64,000 bases of DNA from Octopus sinensis (lineage: Eukaryota). The stretch is taken from contig NC_043008.1 in the NCBI RefSeq assembly GCF_006345805.1, positions 33,976,001 through 34,040,000 on the forward strand, written 5' to 3'. The notes below the pieces were generated by a model, which was given only the letters and a program-made list of their open reading frames with translations, did no database searches and was not told where the DNA came from. The translations under genes were made by a program, and so were the position numbers. Shown here piece by piece: positions 26,581 through 39,820 of this stretch. How positions within the stretch are numbered: position 1 is the stretch's first letter; each line of letters opens with the position of its first letter.

Positions 26581-27696
26581 TCCAAATTAATTCATTTCAC
26601 CCTTCATTATTACGGATAACCATATTTTATCTCAGTAGATGACCACAGCATCTTGTTTTGGCTACACGCGGGTGGGAAGGGGCTGGTGACACAATCTTTT
26701 CATTCACACTTTGAGTTTGGTGATACTAGTTGCGGATTCTAGCTCGCTCTGATACTGATTTGAGTTGGTGCCTTCTGGTATCTCAAAATTCAATATATAA
26801 TCATTTATGATTATAGTATTCTACGCTGAAGAGAAAAGAAGTTTTGGTAAGGTAGAATTATTTAATATTTAATTCTTATGCTTTCCTAAAAACTTGATTT
26901 CGAAACGTGCGTCCGTAGATAACTTAAAATTGTATGATAGATTGCCGTCAATTCATTCTCTCTTACCTGTTTGTGTCTGCCTTCCAATTGCTGTTTTTAC
27001 TGAGATCTCCCTTTTTAGTAGAAGAAATAGCTATAACTCTTTGACTGCTATTTCTAAATTCGGTATGTGGTAAGGCAATTCGTTGCTAAACCCTTTATTG
27101 CTTAGTATTACTTAAATTTTCCTCGAATGAGGCTTTTACATGCCGAAGACTACTTGGTGTAATTGATAATTATTCCAAATTAATTACTTTCACCCTTCAT
27201 TATTACGGATAACCATATTTTATCTCAGTAGATGACCACAGCATCTTGTTTTGGCTACACGCGGGTGGGAAGGGGCTGGTGACACAATCTTTTCATTCAC
27301 ACTTTGAGTTTGGTGATACTAGTTGCGGATTCTAGCTCGCTCTGATACTGAGTTGAGTTGGTGCCTTCTGGTATCTCAAAATTCAATATATAATCATTTA
27401 TGATTATAGTATTCTACGCTGAAGAGAAAAGAAGTTTTGGTAAGGTAGAATTATTTAATATTTAATTCTTATGCTTTCCTAAAAACTTGATTTCGAAACG
27501 TGCGTCCGTAGATAACTTAAAATTGTATGATAGATTGCCGTCAATTCATTCTCTCTTACCTGTTTGTGTCTGCCTTCCAATTGCTGTTTTTACTGAGATC
27601 TCCCTTTTTAGTAGAAGAAATAGCTATAACTCTTTGACTGCTATTTCTAATTCGGTATGTGGTAAGGCAATTCGTTGCTAAACCCTTTATTGCTTA

Positions 27697-27700
<4 letters not shown>
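26580..27700. repeat. Near-identical tandem duplication, period 593 bp (~1.9 units)
   Basis: Offsets 26601/27194 and 26828/27421 are both 593; only a few differences between the copies. Confidence 0.95.
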
Positions 27701-27766
<66 letters not shown>

Positions 27767-27995
27767 GTATATTTTTATATACAAATTGTAGGTGTGAACA
27801 CTAAATGATTATTTTGAGAATAGTAAGGAAGCTGCAAGTTAACAGAGAACCATGAAATATACACGGCAGAATTTAATTGCAAATTACAAGCAAAAAACAA
27901 TGTTTAAATATAGCTAATTGATATCCTTTTTTTTTATTTTTGTTTATTTTGTTTTTAGAGATACTGATGCTACTTTTTTAATTTTGTTTTTATAG

Positions 27996-28034
27996 GTGCT
28001 AATGCTACAAGTACGAAAGATCAAACAACAACAA
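27996..28034 (+). CDS. 39-nt Ser/Thr-rich stalk exon (G)ANATSTKDQTTT
   Basis: Acceptor ttttgtttttatag| and donor |gtatga. Symmetric phase 1-1, NAT sequon; splices in frame to the TM exon. Confidence 0.7.
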
Positions 28035-28829
28035 GTATGAGTTTATTTTACAATGTATTTAAGAATATAATTTTGAAAACTAAGCAGCCATCCTTAGTCA
28101 TCCTCTTTCTCTTTGATTATCGATGAGAGGTTCACATCTGCAGGGCAGATGCTCTCTGTAACAGTACCTACTTCTTGTTTGTCTCAAACAACCATATTCC
28201 GCCTGTTATATTTACATGTGTCAGAAGTATTATGAGCATGTTCCGCCAATTTTCTCTTCGTGTTGATGTTTATGTATATATTTAACAACGAGAGGGAGGT
28301 TCTCAATATTTATTCAAGAGCAGTCTTTTCCTCGAATGGCATTGTTTATTGTTCTCGTGACAACATCATAATACAGAGAGAAATAGTATTTGGCCAGCTG
28401 ATAATAATGTGTGATACTTGTCATAGAAATATGACATACTCTGAATTTTTGGTAGCATTTTGAGGCTCCAAGGTCTTCACTGTCTCTGTTGTTTACCAGG
28501 TATTTTGTACCAGTCTGTTCTTAGATTGCAAATGCATAACCTTTGAATTGTGATGCAGCAGTTGTTAGTCTAATAGAGGCTACCATTCATTTTGATATTG
28601 TCTTCTTTAAATCTTCGGGAGACATAGCCGTGCATAATATTTTTTGGTATACTCAGATTTCACATCCTGGTCTTCTTTAAGGCGTGTTATTCCAGCTGTT
28701 TTAGGATTGTATGAGCATCAGAAAAAGAGTACTTTCAGAGGAGTTCACTGTCAATATGTTGGATGTTGTTCACTTCACTTTTCAGGACTAAGTTAATGTA
28801 TTTGTTTTGCTGTTGTTTAGCAAGTGTTG

Positions 28830-31260
28830 TCGGATAAAGACTATTTAACATTTTGTTGTGGAAGGATTCCAACCGCCGCTCAAGTAACTAAAAGGTCGAC
28901 TGACTCATTATTCTAAAGTAAAGAACTGTGAACAATTGGCGGTTCACGATGAGAGTTTGATATAAAACGTTGAGTCTCGAGTAATAGCAGTGCATTGTCT
29001 ATATACTACCCCGCCTACCTGCTTCGTTATATTATATACGCAATACAAGGATATAAAAGTGGGCACGAGTTGTTCAAAGTGTGCAGTTCATGTTTTTTTT
29101 TGCTCTTTTTGGCACAAAATCAAAAAGTACATCGTTTTAACATGGAAGACTTATTGGGCCTCCGTGGTGCAGTTGCAAAAGTAACAGCAGCAACAACAAC
29201 AGCAGCTGCAGGATCAACTACAACAGCAACAAAATCAAAACCAACAGTTGCTGGAATTAATGTTGAAGAAGTCCGGAAATACTTCAGGTTCGTATTCGTC
29301 AGACAGCGTAGCGAAGTCAATTGAAGAATTCAGCTATAAACCAGAAGACGGTACTACCTTTTCTGCATATGTTCTCAGATATGAAAAAAATCTTCAAAGT
29401 GGAGTGTAAAAGTTGGTCCGACGAGAAAAATGTACGGCTACTTTTGAGAAACTTATCCCCTGCCGAACACAAAAAATATAGTAATTATATTCTTCTAAAG
29501 AAGCTAGGTGAGATTTGTTTCGATGAAACAATATTTTATCGAATATTTTCAGTGAAAGAAGTTCCCTGTTCAATGCTCACGGGGGAATGTTTAAACTTGG
29601 TCAAAAAAGATGATGAAGATTTCGTCACTTATGCCAGAGTGGTTAATAGATACTGTGAGAAATTCAAATTGAATGAGTTTATCCCAGACGTGTTCAAGTC
29701 TTTAATGTTTGATCAAGGGCTTACTGCAAACAAAGAGGCAGGAATACGTTCTCGGATATTAACAAAATTAGAACAGGACCAAAATTTAACAGTAGCTGAA
29801 GAATGTCAGAGTATTATAAATCTACAATATGATGCAAATAAAAATTGAAGAGAAAGATTGCTCTCAGATACAGGCATTTCGACTGGTAATGAATAAGAAA
29901 CAAGAGAAAAATGTCAAAACGGAATCCATGTTATGGGTGTAGTGGTCTACATTTTAAAAATAACTGTCCGTTTATAAAATGCTTCAAGAGTGGTAAATTA
30001 GACCATAAAATGTTGCATTGTAGGACAGACCATAAAAAAACATTTCAACAGAAACAATCGCGTAAACGGATTATCGATGATAAAAAATACAAACAAACCT
30101 CAAAGAAAATTTCTGTATATAAAAATTAATTCCGCAAACGTAATTGGAAACAGGCAGCGATATTTCAATGATTAACACAGGTACATGGAGACCTAGATTA
30201 AATGAAACAATGTTTCTCAGAGGGGTGCATATTTTTAAGAGTGTCTGCCCCCGACGGGTCTGGTCGACGTCCATTTTTGTTAATGATTTGTCCTAAATAT
30301 CTTATTTTCGGTAACAAAAATTCAGACTTTTCTACCCTCAAAGTAAAAGCCATACACCCTAATTATTTGGAATACATATTTCACATCATAGCTTCTCAAA
30401 GTGGGTGCTACCGCCTGTCGGTTGGTGTTGAGCCGGTCCAGGTGGCCGCTGTTGTCGAAGGGGGCTTGAGGTGGGGGGGGGCAGTAGAGAAAAAGGAGGC
30501 GTTAGGAGGAAGGCAGTGGATTTGGGGACGCTATGAATTAATCATATTATTATTATAGTATTATAAATTAGATAATATTATATTAATTATCAAATTATTC
30601 ATAGTATATATAAATTAGTAAAATATATAATATTCCTTTATACATAAAAATAGGGGTGGGGCGCTGAGGTTATTATGTGGTTATGAGGGGCCGGTGGACC
30701 CAAAAGTTCGAGAACCTCTGTTTTACATGTGACCACTCCGCCGTATCATCCTAGGTCAAATGGACAAGCGGAGTGTTTTGTTGACACTTTCAAGAGGGCG
30801 TTTGAAAAGGCGAGCAATGAAATGATGACGATTTTGCATTCTAACAATGTCTAAGAGTGTACCGAGTAACATCTAATCCGAATACATCGTAGGCAATGTC
30901 ACCCGCAAAGTTGATGTTTGCTAGAAAGGTCAGATCTGTTTTTGATACGCTGATGCCCAATGAAAATAAGAAAGCCAATCAAAAATACTTCAAAATTCTT
31001 CAAGTTAGGTGACATAGTTTTTTTTTTAATCTATAGATATGGTAGAGAAAGCTGGAAGGACGGTGTAACAATTAAATACATTGGAAGAATGATATTCCTG
31101 GTAAAAGGAAAAATGTTTAATACAAAAAAATATTAACCAGCTTAAAAGAAAGGTTCACAGAAAAAACAGCCACGAGAAATGAAATCCCTATGGAAGTATT
31201 ATACGGCACGTTTGAGGTACCAACACCCAAATAATTTGAAACTACACGTTCTAGCACCAG
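28830..31260 (+). mobile_element. Gypsy LTR retrotransposon relic (LTR end/PBS, gag, Zn knuckle, protease start, integrase C-terminal part; RT/RH missing)
   Basis: aaca|attggcg PBS-like at 28935; FKVECKSWSDEKNVRLLLR gag; CYGCSGLHFKNNC knuckle; TGSDISMIN protease; TTPPYHPRSNGQAECFVDTFKR integrase. Confidence 0.8.
30387..30720. mobile_element. hAT (Charlie-like) MITE nested in the Gypsy relic
   Basis: Ends catagcttctcaaa / ttcgagaacctctg are imperfect TIRs; flanked by an 8-bp TSD tttcacat / ttttacat (7/8 match). Confidence 0.8.
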
Positions 31261-32349
31261 AAAACAGAAAAGAACGGAAGCACTGGAATTAGGTTGGAAT
31301 TAGGAAGAATATCCAGCTGTAAAAACCATGCTGAACCTGAGATATCTGAGCAAACATCATCTTCTAATCTCTTGGATTCTGTCAAACCACCCAGGCCATG
31401 ACAACATGGAAAACTGACATAAGATGTTGATGATGGTATATATACATACATGTATGTGTATGATGCTGGTATATATACATATATGTATGTGTGTGTGTGT
31501 GTGTACGAGTGCATATAATTTATACACGCACATTCACACATGCATATGTATATATATGTATGTACATATCTACCTACCTATGTATGTATATACATACATG
31601 CAAACATACAAACGAACAAACAAATAGTATACACAACAGAATTCATCAGATATTGGTCAACACAAAACTATTGGAAAAGTAATTTATTCACCAACCCAAG
31701 ATTTTGCAGAGGGGAATTGAACCTGGAACCACATGGATTTGAAGCAATCTTTTTAACAATACAGTAATGACTTGTGAAATAGCAGCTGTCCTTATTGTAA
31801 CTGTTTTAGATTGATTAGATGGTAGTTGCTTTTTTCGGTTAACTCCATGCTTTTCAAGTGTTTCTTACCTTCTTAAGATGATACAGTGTGATTCGAGGAA
31901 CATTTGGTTGCAATTACATGCTGATTCCTTGATTTGTCTCTTTCACTCTCTGATAATTAGTTGTTAGGATCCTACAGTGTGGATTGGTGGTAAATTCAGT
32001 TACTTTCATACTGGATGGAGGTGTGGATTCAGTGTCTACTGTTCAGAATGACAGAATACCTCAGCCTCCCGAATCAGTCCAGATGATGTGTGAGGAGTGA
32101 GAAAGCAGCAAATTGGGTTGATGTTCATCAGAACAATGACTTCAGAGAAAGAATATTTGAGATGGCTCTCCTCCTAAATACAGTATGAAAGGTGATTAAA
32201 ATGATTCATGGTGTTTGAATGAATTCAAATAATATTAAAGGTAACAAAAAAGCTACAAATTGTTGTAATGTTTGACCATTAAAGAAGCAAAAAATCAAAC
32301 AAGCAAATTCTCTTTTTTAATGCTTTCCATTTTTCTCTTAACATTTCAG

Positions 32350-32416
32350 TAATTCTTTGCAGTGTTCTTATACCAACAATAGTCCTGCTTTGTATATTAT
32401 GCATCATAGTTATCAG
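32350..32416 (+). CDS. Transmembrane-helix exon (I)ILCSVLIPTIVLLCILCIIVI(R)
   Basis: Acceptor ttttctcttaacatttcag| and donor cag|gtatgt. 67 nt, phase 1 to 2; 22 hydrophobic residues followed by RHRYKK in the next exon. Confidence 0.9.
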
Positions 32417-33599
32417 GTATGTAATATAAAACTACATCTTACTACTGAGACTCTTTTAGAGTATCATTATTATTTTAACTTTTTTTCTCTATTTTTACTG
32501 TACTAAGTCAGAGGATGAAGAGCAGTGCTCATCTCCCATTTTCAAGACATATAAGACTGGAAGGACGAAGGGAAATTGTATTAAAAGCACCCAAAGGTCA
32601 AGTAGTCTTAGAAAACCAGTTGGCTGATTGAGTCTACCATTCAAAACAAAAACAGGAAGGATTCTTCCAACAAGTTTCTATACAGTTCTCATTTACAAAA
32701 CTTCATTCACAAGGCTTATGTCTCTCCATGAGTATAGCAGAAGATACTTGACTATAGTGCTATTGAATGGGATAAAACTAAAAACCTCACAGTTGCAAAG
32801 TGAATTTATAAACCACTTAGCTATGCCTTCATCCGTAAGATAATCTGAACTTTGAGTTAATATTAATCTGTTTTCCATGATATTAATTGTGCATGTATAG
32901 TGATATATACCTCCAAGCCATCATTGAAGAGAGATTTTTAAATATTTTCTGTTGTTCTGTTTAATCCAAGGAGGGGACAGATGACATGCAGCAGGTTATC
33001 TCTTAAGAACATCTTAAAGTCTTATGTTTTATAGCTCCTTATATAAATGTGTATTTAGATAGGCAGCTACTAGATACCGATACTAATTTGATAGTTTTAA
33101 CTGATAGATATATATTCTATATCTTTTCTGAGTTTACATTGTTGTTTCCTAATCTTCCTAATCTTTAATCCAAAGCTATTCACATTTAATCTATTTGGAG
33201 GAATACATTCCACACAGAAATAGCTTCAGTATGCACAACTATCTGTCTGTGTCATATTCTGGCAAGAACAAAGTTAACTTGTCTCTCTTGCTCATCTGAG
33301 CGATTGGTGACTAATTGACCAATTAGATTTCTGAAGTGTGTGTTATAAATGGGATGAGTACTGACATCATGAAACTTCAAGGGCCTTGGTTTCACTTTAT
33401 TACTTTGTATCCTGATGCTGGAAACTATTAATTTATCACTCTTATTACAAATATTTGAAAGGTGATAGAAACAGTTGTTGATAATCAACTCCTCCAATAA
33501 CTTGACTCCCTTTCCCTTCTCATTGTGTACTAAATACAGCTTCAGTTAAACTGGCCTAGTGGGTATCCGATTTTCTCTGTTAATCGCCTTTAATTCCTT

Positions 33600-34600
33600 G
33601 CTCTTGAGAAAATTAGTGAAAGCAATTGCATTTGACATCAGCAAAGTTTTTGTCTTGTACAAGAATCTCCTGATTAAGACATTTACTTATATGTTCAATC
33701 TGTAGTGTTTTCATGAAGGAAAGCTTGTCGTCAGTATATATACATAATTTACTTGCTACATCAATACAGAAGGTGTTCATACAATATAAGAAGAGTAGAT
33801 TTTATATGAAACGATGTATACTACAGGTGCAGGAGATCAACAGAAATTCATATTAGGCTGCTTTTTACATATCAATGCACGTTCTTCTTGTTGTGTAGCC
33901 ATGGTATGTTTCTTCACCTATCATACCAGGTTGAATATGCAGCTCTGAGAACAGCTATGAGTGAGAGTAAACTCTACCAAAGACTGAATTCACTTTCAGT
34001 CCAAATTCACCCTGGCTTTTTCAAACTAAATCCACCTCTATTTGTAGGCTCTTTCCACACAGGAAGTCCTAGTCATGCTGCCAGACTATCACATGACCAA
34101 AAAGCAAGAGGTGCTGACAGGACCGAAAATGTGTTTGCACACATGATCAACTCATGGTTTTCATGTGGCTAAACATAGATTCCAATTCAGCTGTTATAAT
34201 TCTGTCTCTTGTCTCCCAGGCAGGAAGCTTTCATAACTGCATGTGCTGATGATTTTGTTATTTCCTCTCCTTAACATCAACAACCTACTTGTGACTTCTA
34301 TCACAGCTCACACTCCCTGTGCAGACAACACTAATCTCTATTCTTTCCTAATCTTACACACAAAGGTGTTGTTCACTTGCAGCTTAGCTACTTCATGTCA
34401 AATCGGCACTGCCTCTTTGAGGAAAAATCATAGAAGTATTGACATGTATGTCATGTCCCCTTCAACACTGCAAAAACAATATAATCATTCTTGCCTTGGG
34501 GAGCATGAAATAAACACTCCTAATATTACTACAAGTGTGATATCTGCCCCAGCAATGTCACTGATCCCCAGTCCAAGTGGTTCCACATTCATTGCAAAAA
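33600..34600 (+). mobile_element. CR1/Jockey-like LINE RT remnants
   Basis: AIAFDISKVF at ~33625 and PCADNTNLY (YADD-like) at ~34315; heavily decayed. Confidence 0.5.
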
Positions 34601-34739
34601 CTGTGTCCAGAAATATACTTCTGTTCTGAACAGTTGCTGACTCTCGACAAAGTTCAAGTAAAACTCATGGCAGAAAACTGCTGCAGCATTTTGGGCTGCT
34701 ACTGCTACTGCTGTTGTTGTTGTTGTTGTTAAGCAACAA

Positions 34740-36790
34740 GATGGGTAAGGGTGATTAGGTGATGGTCTAGGGCTTAGGTGCAGGAGACCCCAGACCTTCG
34801 AAAAAAAAAACCTTTGGTTGTCTTGTAAATGTGTTTCTATAAAGACAAAGTGACTAGAGACGGCTAATCAGGCAGATGTGGAAGGTGTACTAAAAGAGAT
34901 AATGCCTGATATTCGGCATCTCCCAAGAGCCAAGCAGTTTATGGGCATTTCAGTGTTCTTCAAGACTGAAGTTCTGGTTGCCAAACACTCTGTGGTTCGC
35001 TATCAGAACAAAAAATATGTGCTCCAGACATTGTATTTACGAAGGAGGATGGTGAGGATAAAGATGTCAGAAATTCCACTAGTGGGAGTTACAACCTCCT
35101 AAAGATGAAGTGGACCTGTTGTGAGAATTGGTCTGGAAACAGTGTGGAGGTACTACTCCACATTAAACCAGACCCAATCATTTGGCATTGCGCGTTTGGT
35201 CTGACAAGGATGCCCACACTTGCCCCTTTTGTACAAGATGGCTCTTGAGCCATTGCTACAGGAGCTGGTTCTTTCATGGGGCATACCATATGAACTAGAA
35301 TGCAGGTTTGTGGCAGCTTATGTGGATGATGTCACAGTAATAGTGTCAAATGTCTCAGAAATTGAGGTAATCACCACTGCAGTATGGGAGTACAAAGCAG
35401 CAAAAGGAGCAAAAAATAACCAGAAGTTACTGGGCCTGCAGCTCAGCAACTGGAGAGGCAGATCCATACCATCTGATAGCATGGTAGAACACTAGACAGA
35501 AGGACTGGTTAAATTGCTTGGGGTCTTGTTTGGTCTGGACCTCCTGTTAGACAAGAACTTGGAGTGGGTGACAAACTGGGTAGCCAGTCTCCCCCAGAAA
35601 TAAGCAGAGAGAAAGCTGTCATCACTACTGTCATTTACTACTATCTGACTGTTGTCCCTTGCCCTCTTTTCTGGTTGATCAGCTGGAGCAATTGCTCTTC
35701 CCACTTCCTGTGGAAGGGACATGTCTAACTCCTCAGTCGGTCCATCTGCTGTCAACAGGTGCTGAGTGGAGGACTGGGAATGCCATGGCTAATGATATGC
35801 AGACATGTACTGAGTCTCATTGATAGAGCAACAGTCCTGGATTAAGCATAGATCAAGTAAGGGCACTTTGCATCTGGAGTGTAAGCAGGCTCTCACAGCC
35901 CTCTGCTAGTCAGGCAATGTAGTCAGTGGAAATTCTACATTGGAATTCTATAGAAAATTAGTGGTGGGCAAGAACAACGATGTCTTCAGAGGAATTCTAG
36001 GAAGGATCAATTATCTGGTCTTTTATTGAGCAATTTCAGGCTGGAGTCTATCTATTATTTCCAGAAATCCTTGGCCTGATAGTGTTACCAGGGAGCTCTG
36101 CCAGTTCAAGACAAGCTTTACAAGCTTCGAAGTGCCATCAGACAGACATGTCCTAGATGTGGATAGGGCAATGAAACTTCTCTGCATGCACTCATTTCAA
36201 ATTTGTGGATCATTGTCAAAATGCTGTTGATGCATGTAGGACAAATCTGGTTATCAGACGACTCCATCATGAGGATCACCCTGCCATCTTCTTTTGGCCA
36301 TGGAGGGAAGGCAGTTTTCCTCTGTCTGATGGCTATGGCGAAAGAGGAAGTGTGGTGGGCATGGTTGAAATGATTGAAGACAGGTACTTTCTCTTCAGCT
36401 GAGCCCTCATTGACTTTCTCAAGTTCCACTTGAAAAGGAAAATGAGGGTGGTGAGGAAAGTGCTGCCTCCTAGTATTGATGTTGAAAGGTGGGTGAATGT
36501 AGTGAGGATGATCCATGTGAATGGGCCTACTCTGAACATACACTTGTAAGCCAGGGGGTTTGAGAAGATGAGAGGTGCTTGCTTGAGGTGCCTTTGGAAG
36601 TCAGGGTGAGGAAGATGTGTGGAGTTCCTTGGTTGTCCTTAGGATGAACTCCCATTATGTGGAGAATTTTATTGTTTATTTTTTGTTGTTAATTGTTATT
36701 GTTTAATTGTATGTACAAATTGTTGTGCTAAACTCCCCTTGCATTGCACCATCCCTGTATGTTTTGTGTTCAGATCTTGTGGCCAATAAA
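34740..36790 (+). mobile_element. Tx1/L1-clade LINE, internally deleted and degenerate
   Basis: RQGCPHLPLLYKMALEPLL, AAYVDDVTVIVS, LLGLQL; C-terminal finger region; ends ...ggccaataaaaac. Confidence 0.7.
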
Positions 36791-36809
36791 AACAAGATCA
36801 TGAATATCA

Positions 36810-37370
36810 TTATTATTATTATCATTATTGTTTGATGAAAACTCACAGATTATTTTGCTGGGTATCATGGAAAGTGTCAGCTGTCCACAGCCAGCAGACT
36901 AAGGTGACACTTGTTTGCTGGTCATGCTTCAAGAACATTGCAAAGAATTCTTGCAGTTTCAAGCAATGAGGATTTTTTTAGGTTCTTCTACTTTTACATT
37001 TGTACCAATCCTTTTGAGCTGAGTTGGTAGTTGAGTGCTGATACTTCCAAGTGCACCAGTTACAATTGGTACCACATCTACTCTCCTCAATGACCACAAC
37101 CTTAGTATTTCCCACTTCAAATTGTCGTAGTCGTTCAGTTTCTCTTCTTTCTCTTTGATCCTGTTGTCACCGGGTCATGCTATGTTGATTATCATGCATG
37201 GTCTTCCTTTTTTTTTTCCACCACAACAATGTTCAGTTTCCAATGTCTGGTCAGGTGATTGCACTGAATCAATGCATCCCACAAGATTTTGCACTTTTCA
37301 TCTTGGTGATTCCTTCTGGGGTTTTTCTCATACCACATCTTTGCTTTTTGTAGTCTGTGATAAGGTGTTA
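36810..37370 (-). mobile_element. R4/Dong-like LINE 3' end (restriction-like endonuclease)
   Basis: Minus strand CKILWDALIQC..., VVPIVTGALGSI, LQEFFA..., followed by an (aat)n tail. Confidence 0.75.
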
Positions 37371-37883
37371 AGTTAGCAGAAGTGTTACCATGTCAGACGA
37401 AATACTAAGCAGTATTTCTTCTGGTTTATGTTCTGCGTTCAAATACCATCAAGGCTAACTTCATCCTTTCATCCAGCTGAGTACTGGAATCAATGCAACT
37501 GACTAACCCTCTCCTCCCAAATTTCAGACCATGAGCCTATAAAAAAGATTATTACTATTATTATTAGGATGAATCAAACTGACAGTTGTTGTCATGTTAA
37601 ATACAATATTTAGCAGCATTTCTTCTGGATCTTTTCATGCTAAGTTCAAATACCACTGAAGTTAAATTAGTGCTTCATTCTTCTGGGGTTAATATAATAT
37701 GTACCAATTGACTCACCACCAGCCCCAAATTACTGGCCTTGTTCCTAATTTTGAAACCATCATTATCATTATAAAAAAAAATTAGTAAGAAGTATTATTA
37801 GTTCTTTTTTTGTGATTATTAACAAAATTTAATTCTAAAATCTACTTAATGTTGTCTGATTAAATATGCTAACATTTTCTTAG

Positions 37884-38328
37884 ACACAGGTACAAGAAAT
37901 CCAAATCAAATTTGATATCTGAAGAAATGACCAAGAAGAGTACCACAAGGACCTGTTTACCAGTGAAGATAGAATCACGACTAAATAATACTTTGAAACT
38001 GCAAGCAGCAGAGATATTGCCCCCAAATAATGCACATTCAATTAGAAATGATCCTTGCATGATGGAAAGGGAATTGCATTCCACTGATGTATATTATTCT
38101 GTCATAAAAGATTTACGTATGGTTGATGATAATGTTGAAGAATATATGTATATGGCTAAAAGGGATATATATTCAAATGTAAATGATAAATATGAAAATG
38201 GCTCAGATACTGTTCACAGTGATTTATGTTTCACTGAGAATGAAGGATATTATGTAAATTCAGCTGAAAATAATTTATGCTCTGATAAAAATGGCATGTA
38301 TATTGATATGGAATCTTGCCATAAGTGA
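37884..38328 (+). CDS. Terminal exon: cytoplasmic tail of a type I membrane protein with multiple Tyr motifs
   Basis: Acceptor ttttcttag|a (phase 2) gives (R)HRYKKSKSNLISEEM...MYIDMESCHK*. Open for 148 codons. Motifs VYYSVI, YMYM, YSNV, YENG, YVNS, YIDM. Confidence 0.85.
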
Positions 38329-38349
38329 TTAAGATAACTTACTTGAAAG

Positions 38350-38825
38350 TGTTTTCTTCTAAAAATTCAATCTAATTATATCTAAAGAAAACAGATACAT
38401 AAAACAACCCTCGATGTCAACACTTCAAAAACCTAATAGAATATTTGAAATATGTTTTCACTGAAATAATTAAACAAAATACCAGCCCCTGCCACACAAT
38501 TTATATACACTCCTATAAATAAACAAGTATTTATAATCATAACTGTTATAATAGTTTATATAAAACATTAAAAAAACACCAACCAGAAATCAAGAACAAA
38601 ACTACTCTAAAAAATTATAACTTAATCCTATACACCCTCTAATATGTAAAAGAAGACAAACAAATAAAACAATAATATTACCAAACTAACAACTCCACCC
38701 CTAATTTGTTTGGAATCAACCATAAAATAGAGCAAATAAAAAATACCACTCAGGTTTAATATGGATAGGAGTAACTAAAGGATTTGTAGGAATAGAATTT
38801 TCCACATCCCCCAATTAGGAAACAA
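38350..38825 (-). pseudogene. CYTB: NUMT part 2: cytb C-terminal portion, then probable trnT 5' piece and nad4L N-terminal portion
   Basis: Minus strand (invertebrate mito code) [32 protein letters not shown]...IPNKLG...GLSYNF..VVLFWFLVGVFLMF (38825 to ~38562), then QWKHISNILLGFEVLT (nad4L-like, ~38470-38400); frameshifted. Confidence 0.9.
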
Positions 38826-39778
38826 TTCCAATACCTTAGTCTTGCCATTGTCCTGTGGTAATGTTGCGAGCATGCTGGCTGGCTTCAGTAGTTTCATTTG
38901 AAATTTGTGGTGTGAGACCAAATGTAGCACTTTGTATTGCATTGATGTTTCTTTTGTCTCTCTTCCTTCTCTTTTTCTTTCTTTCTCTCTTCCTTTTTTT
39001 TTATCCTGATTTTATTCTTTTATTTGTCTTTCTTTCGTAATACGTTATATTAAGGAAAAATAAGAATAAGAGATATTTTTTCATACAATAAATTTGGAAA
39101 TAATATTTTTTAGGCTCAATTCCATTAAATTATTAAATTTTAATATCTTCAATTAATTTTCCTTAATATAATTCACAGTTCAATATTTGATGCTGAACAG
39201 TTGTATTTATTATTTTAATTATTAATTAAGGTGATGAACTGGCAGAATCATTAGTATGCTGGGCAAAATGCATAGTGGTATTTCACCTGCCACTACGTTC
39301 TGAGTTCAAATTCTGCCTTCTGACTTTGCCTTCATCCTTTCGGGGTCAAATTTCAGGACAAGATTATATTATATTATTCTATCCTTTTACTCTTACTTTT
39401 ACTTGTTTCATTATTGACTTGGGCCGCTAACCGCGTATGGAGCACCACCTTAGTCAAGACAAATCATCACCAGACTTATTCTTATTCTTGTAAGCCTAGT
39501 ACTATTTATTGGCGTCTTTTGCCGAACTTTGTAAGCAATGTTGAGGCGGGGGAGACAGACACAGACACACACAACATATCACACACATGTATATATATCT
39601 ATATTATCTATATATAATAGTTATCGCCATACTAATATGGCATTCTTATAAAAATAAGAAAAAAGCTGTCCGCTTATTAGCTTCATGAGCCATCGCCTTA
39701 AGTTAGCTGTTGATACACAAACTGTATCCATATACTTCGAACAAGGGAGGTCAGTCGCTCCACACTACTTGACCGGCA

Positions 39779-39820
39779 GCTACAGACGCGTTTCGGGTAT
39801 TTGCCCCTTTTCAATGCAGC
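39779..39820 (-). ncRNA. Minimal type I hammerhead ribozyme, U3-A8 variant core
   Basis: gctgca-TTGAAAA-ggg(gcaaata)ccc-GAAA-cgcg-TC-tgtagc: 6-bp stem I, G-C-closed stem II, palindromic ACGCGT stem III, GUC cleavage triplet. Confidence 0.75.

Noticed and set aside
28100-28800. Penelope GIY-YIG/RT remnant on the minus strand
   Set aside because: Only a weak resemblance to YxGET..R..EH; too decayed to call.
32500-32880. Additional exon or ORF downstream of the TM exon
   Set aside because: No good splice pair, and the TM exon already joins 37884 in the correct phase.
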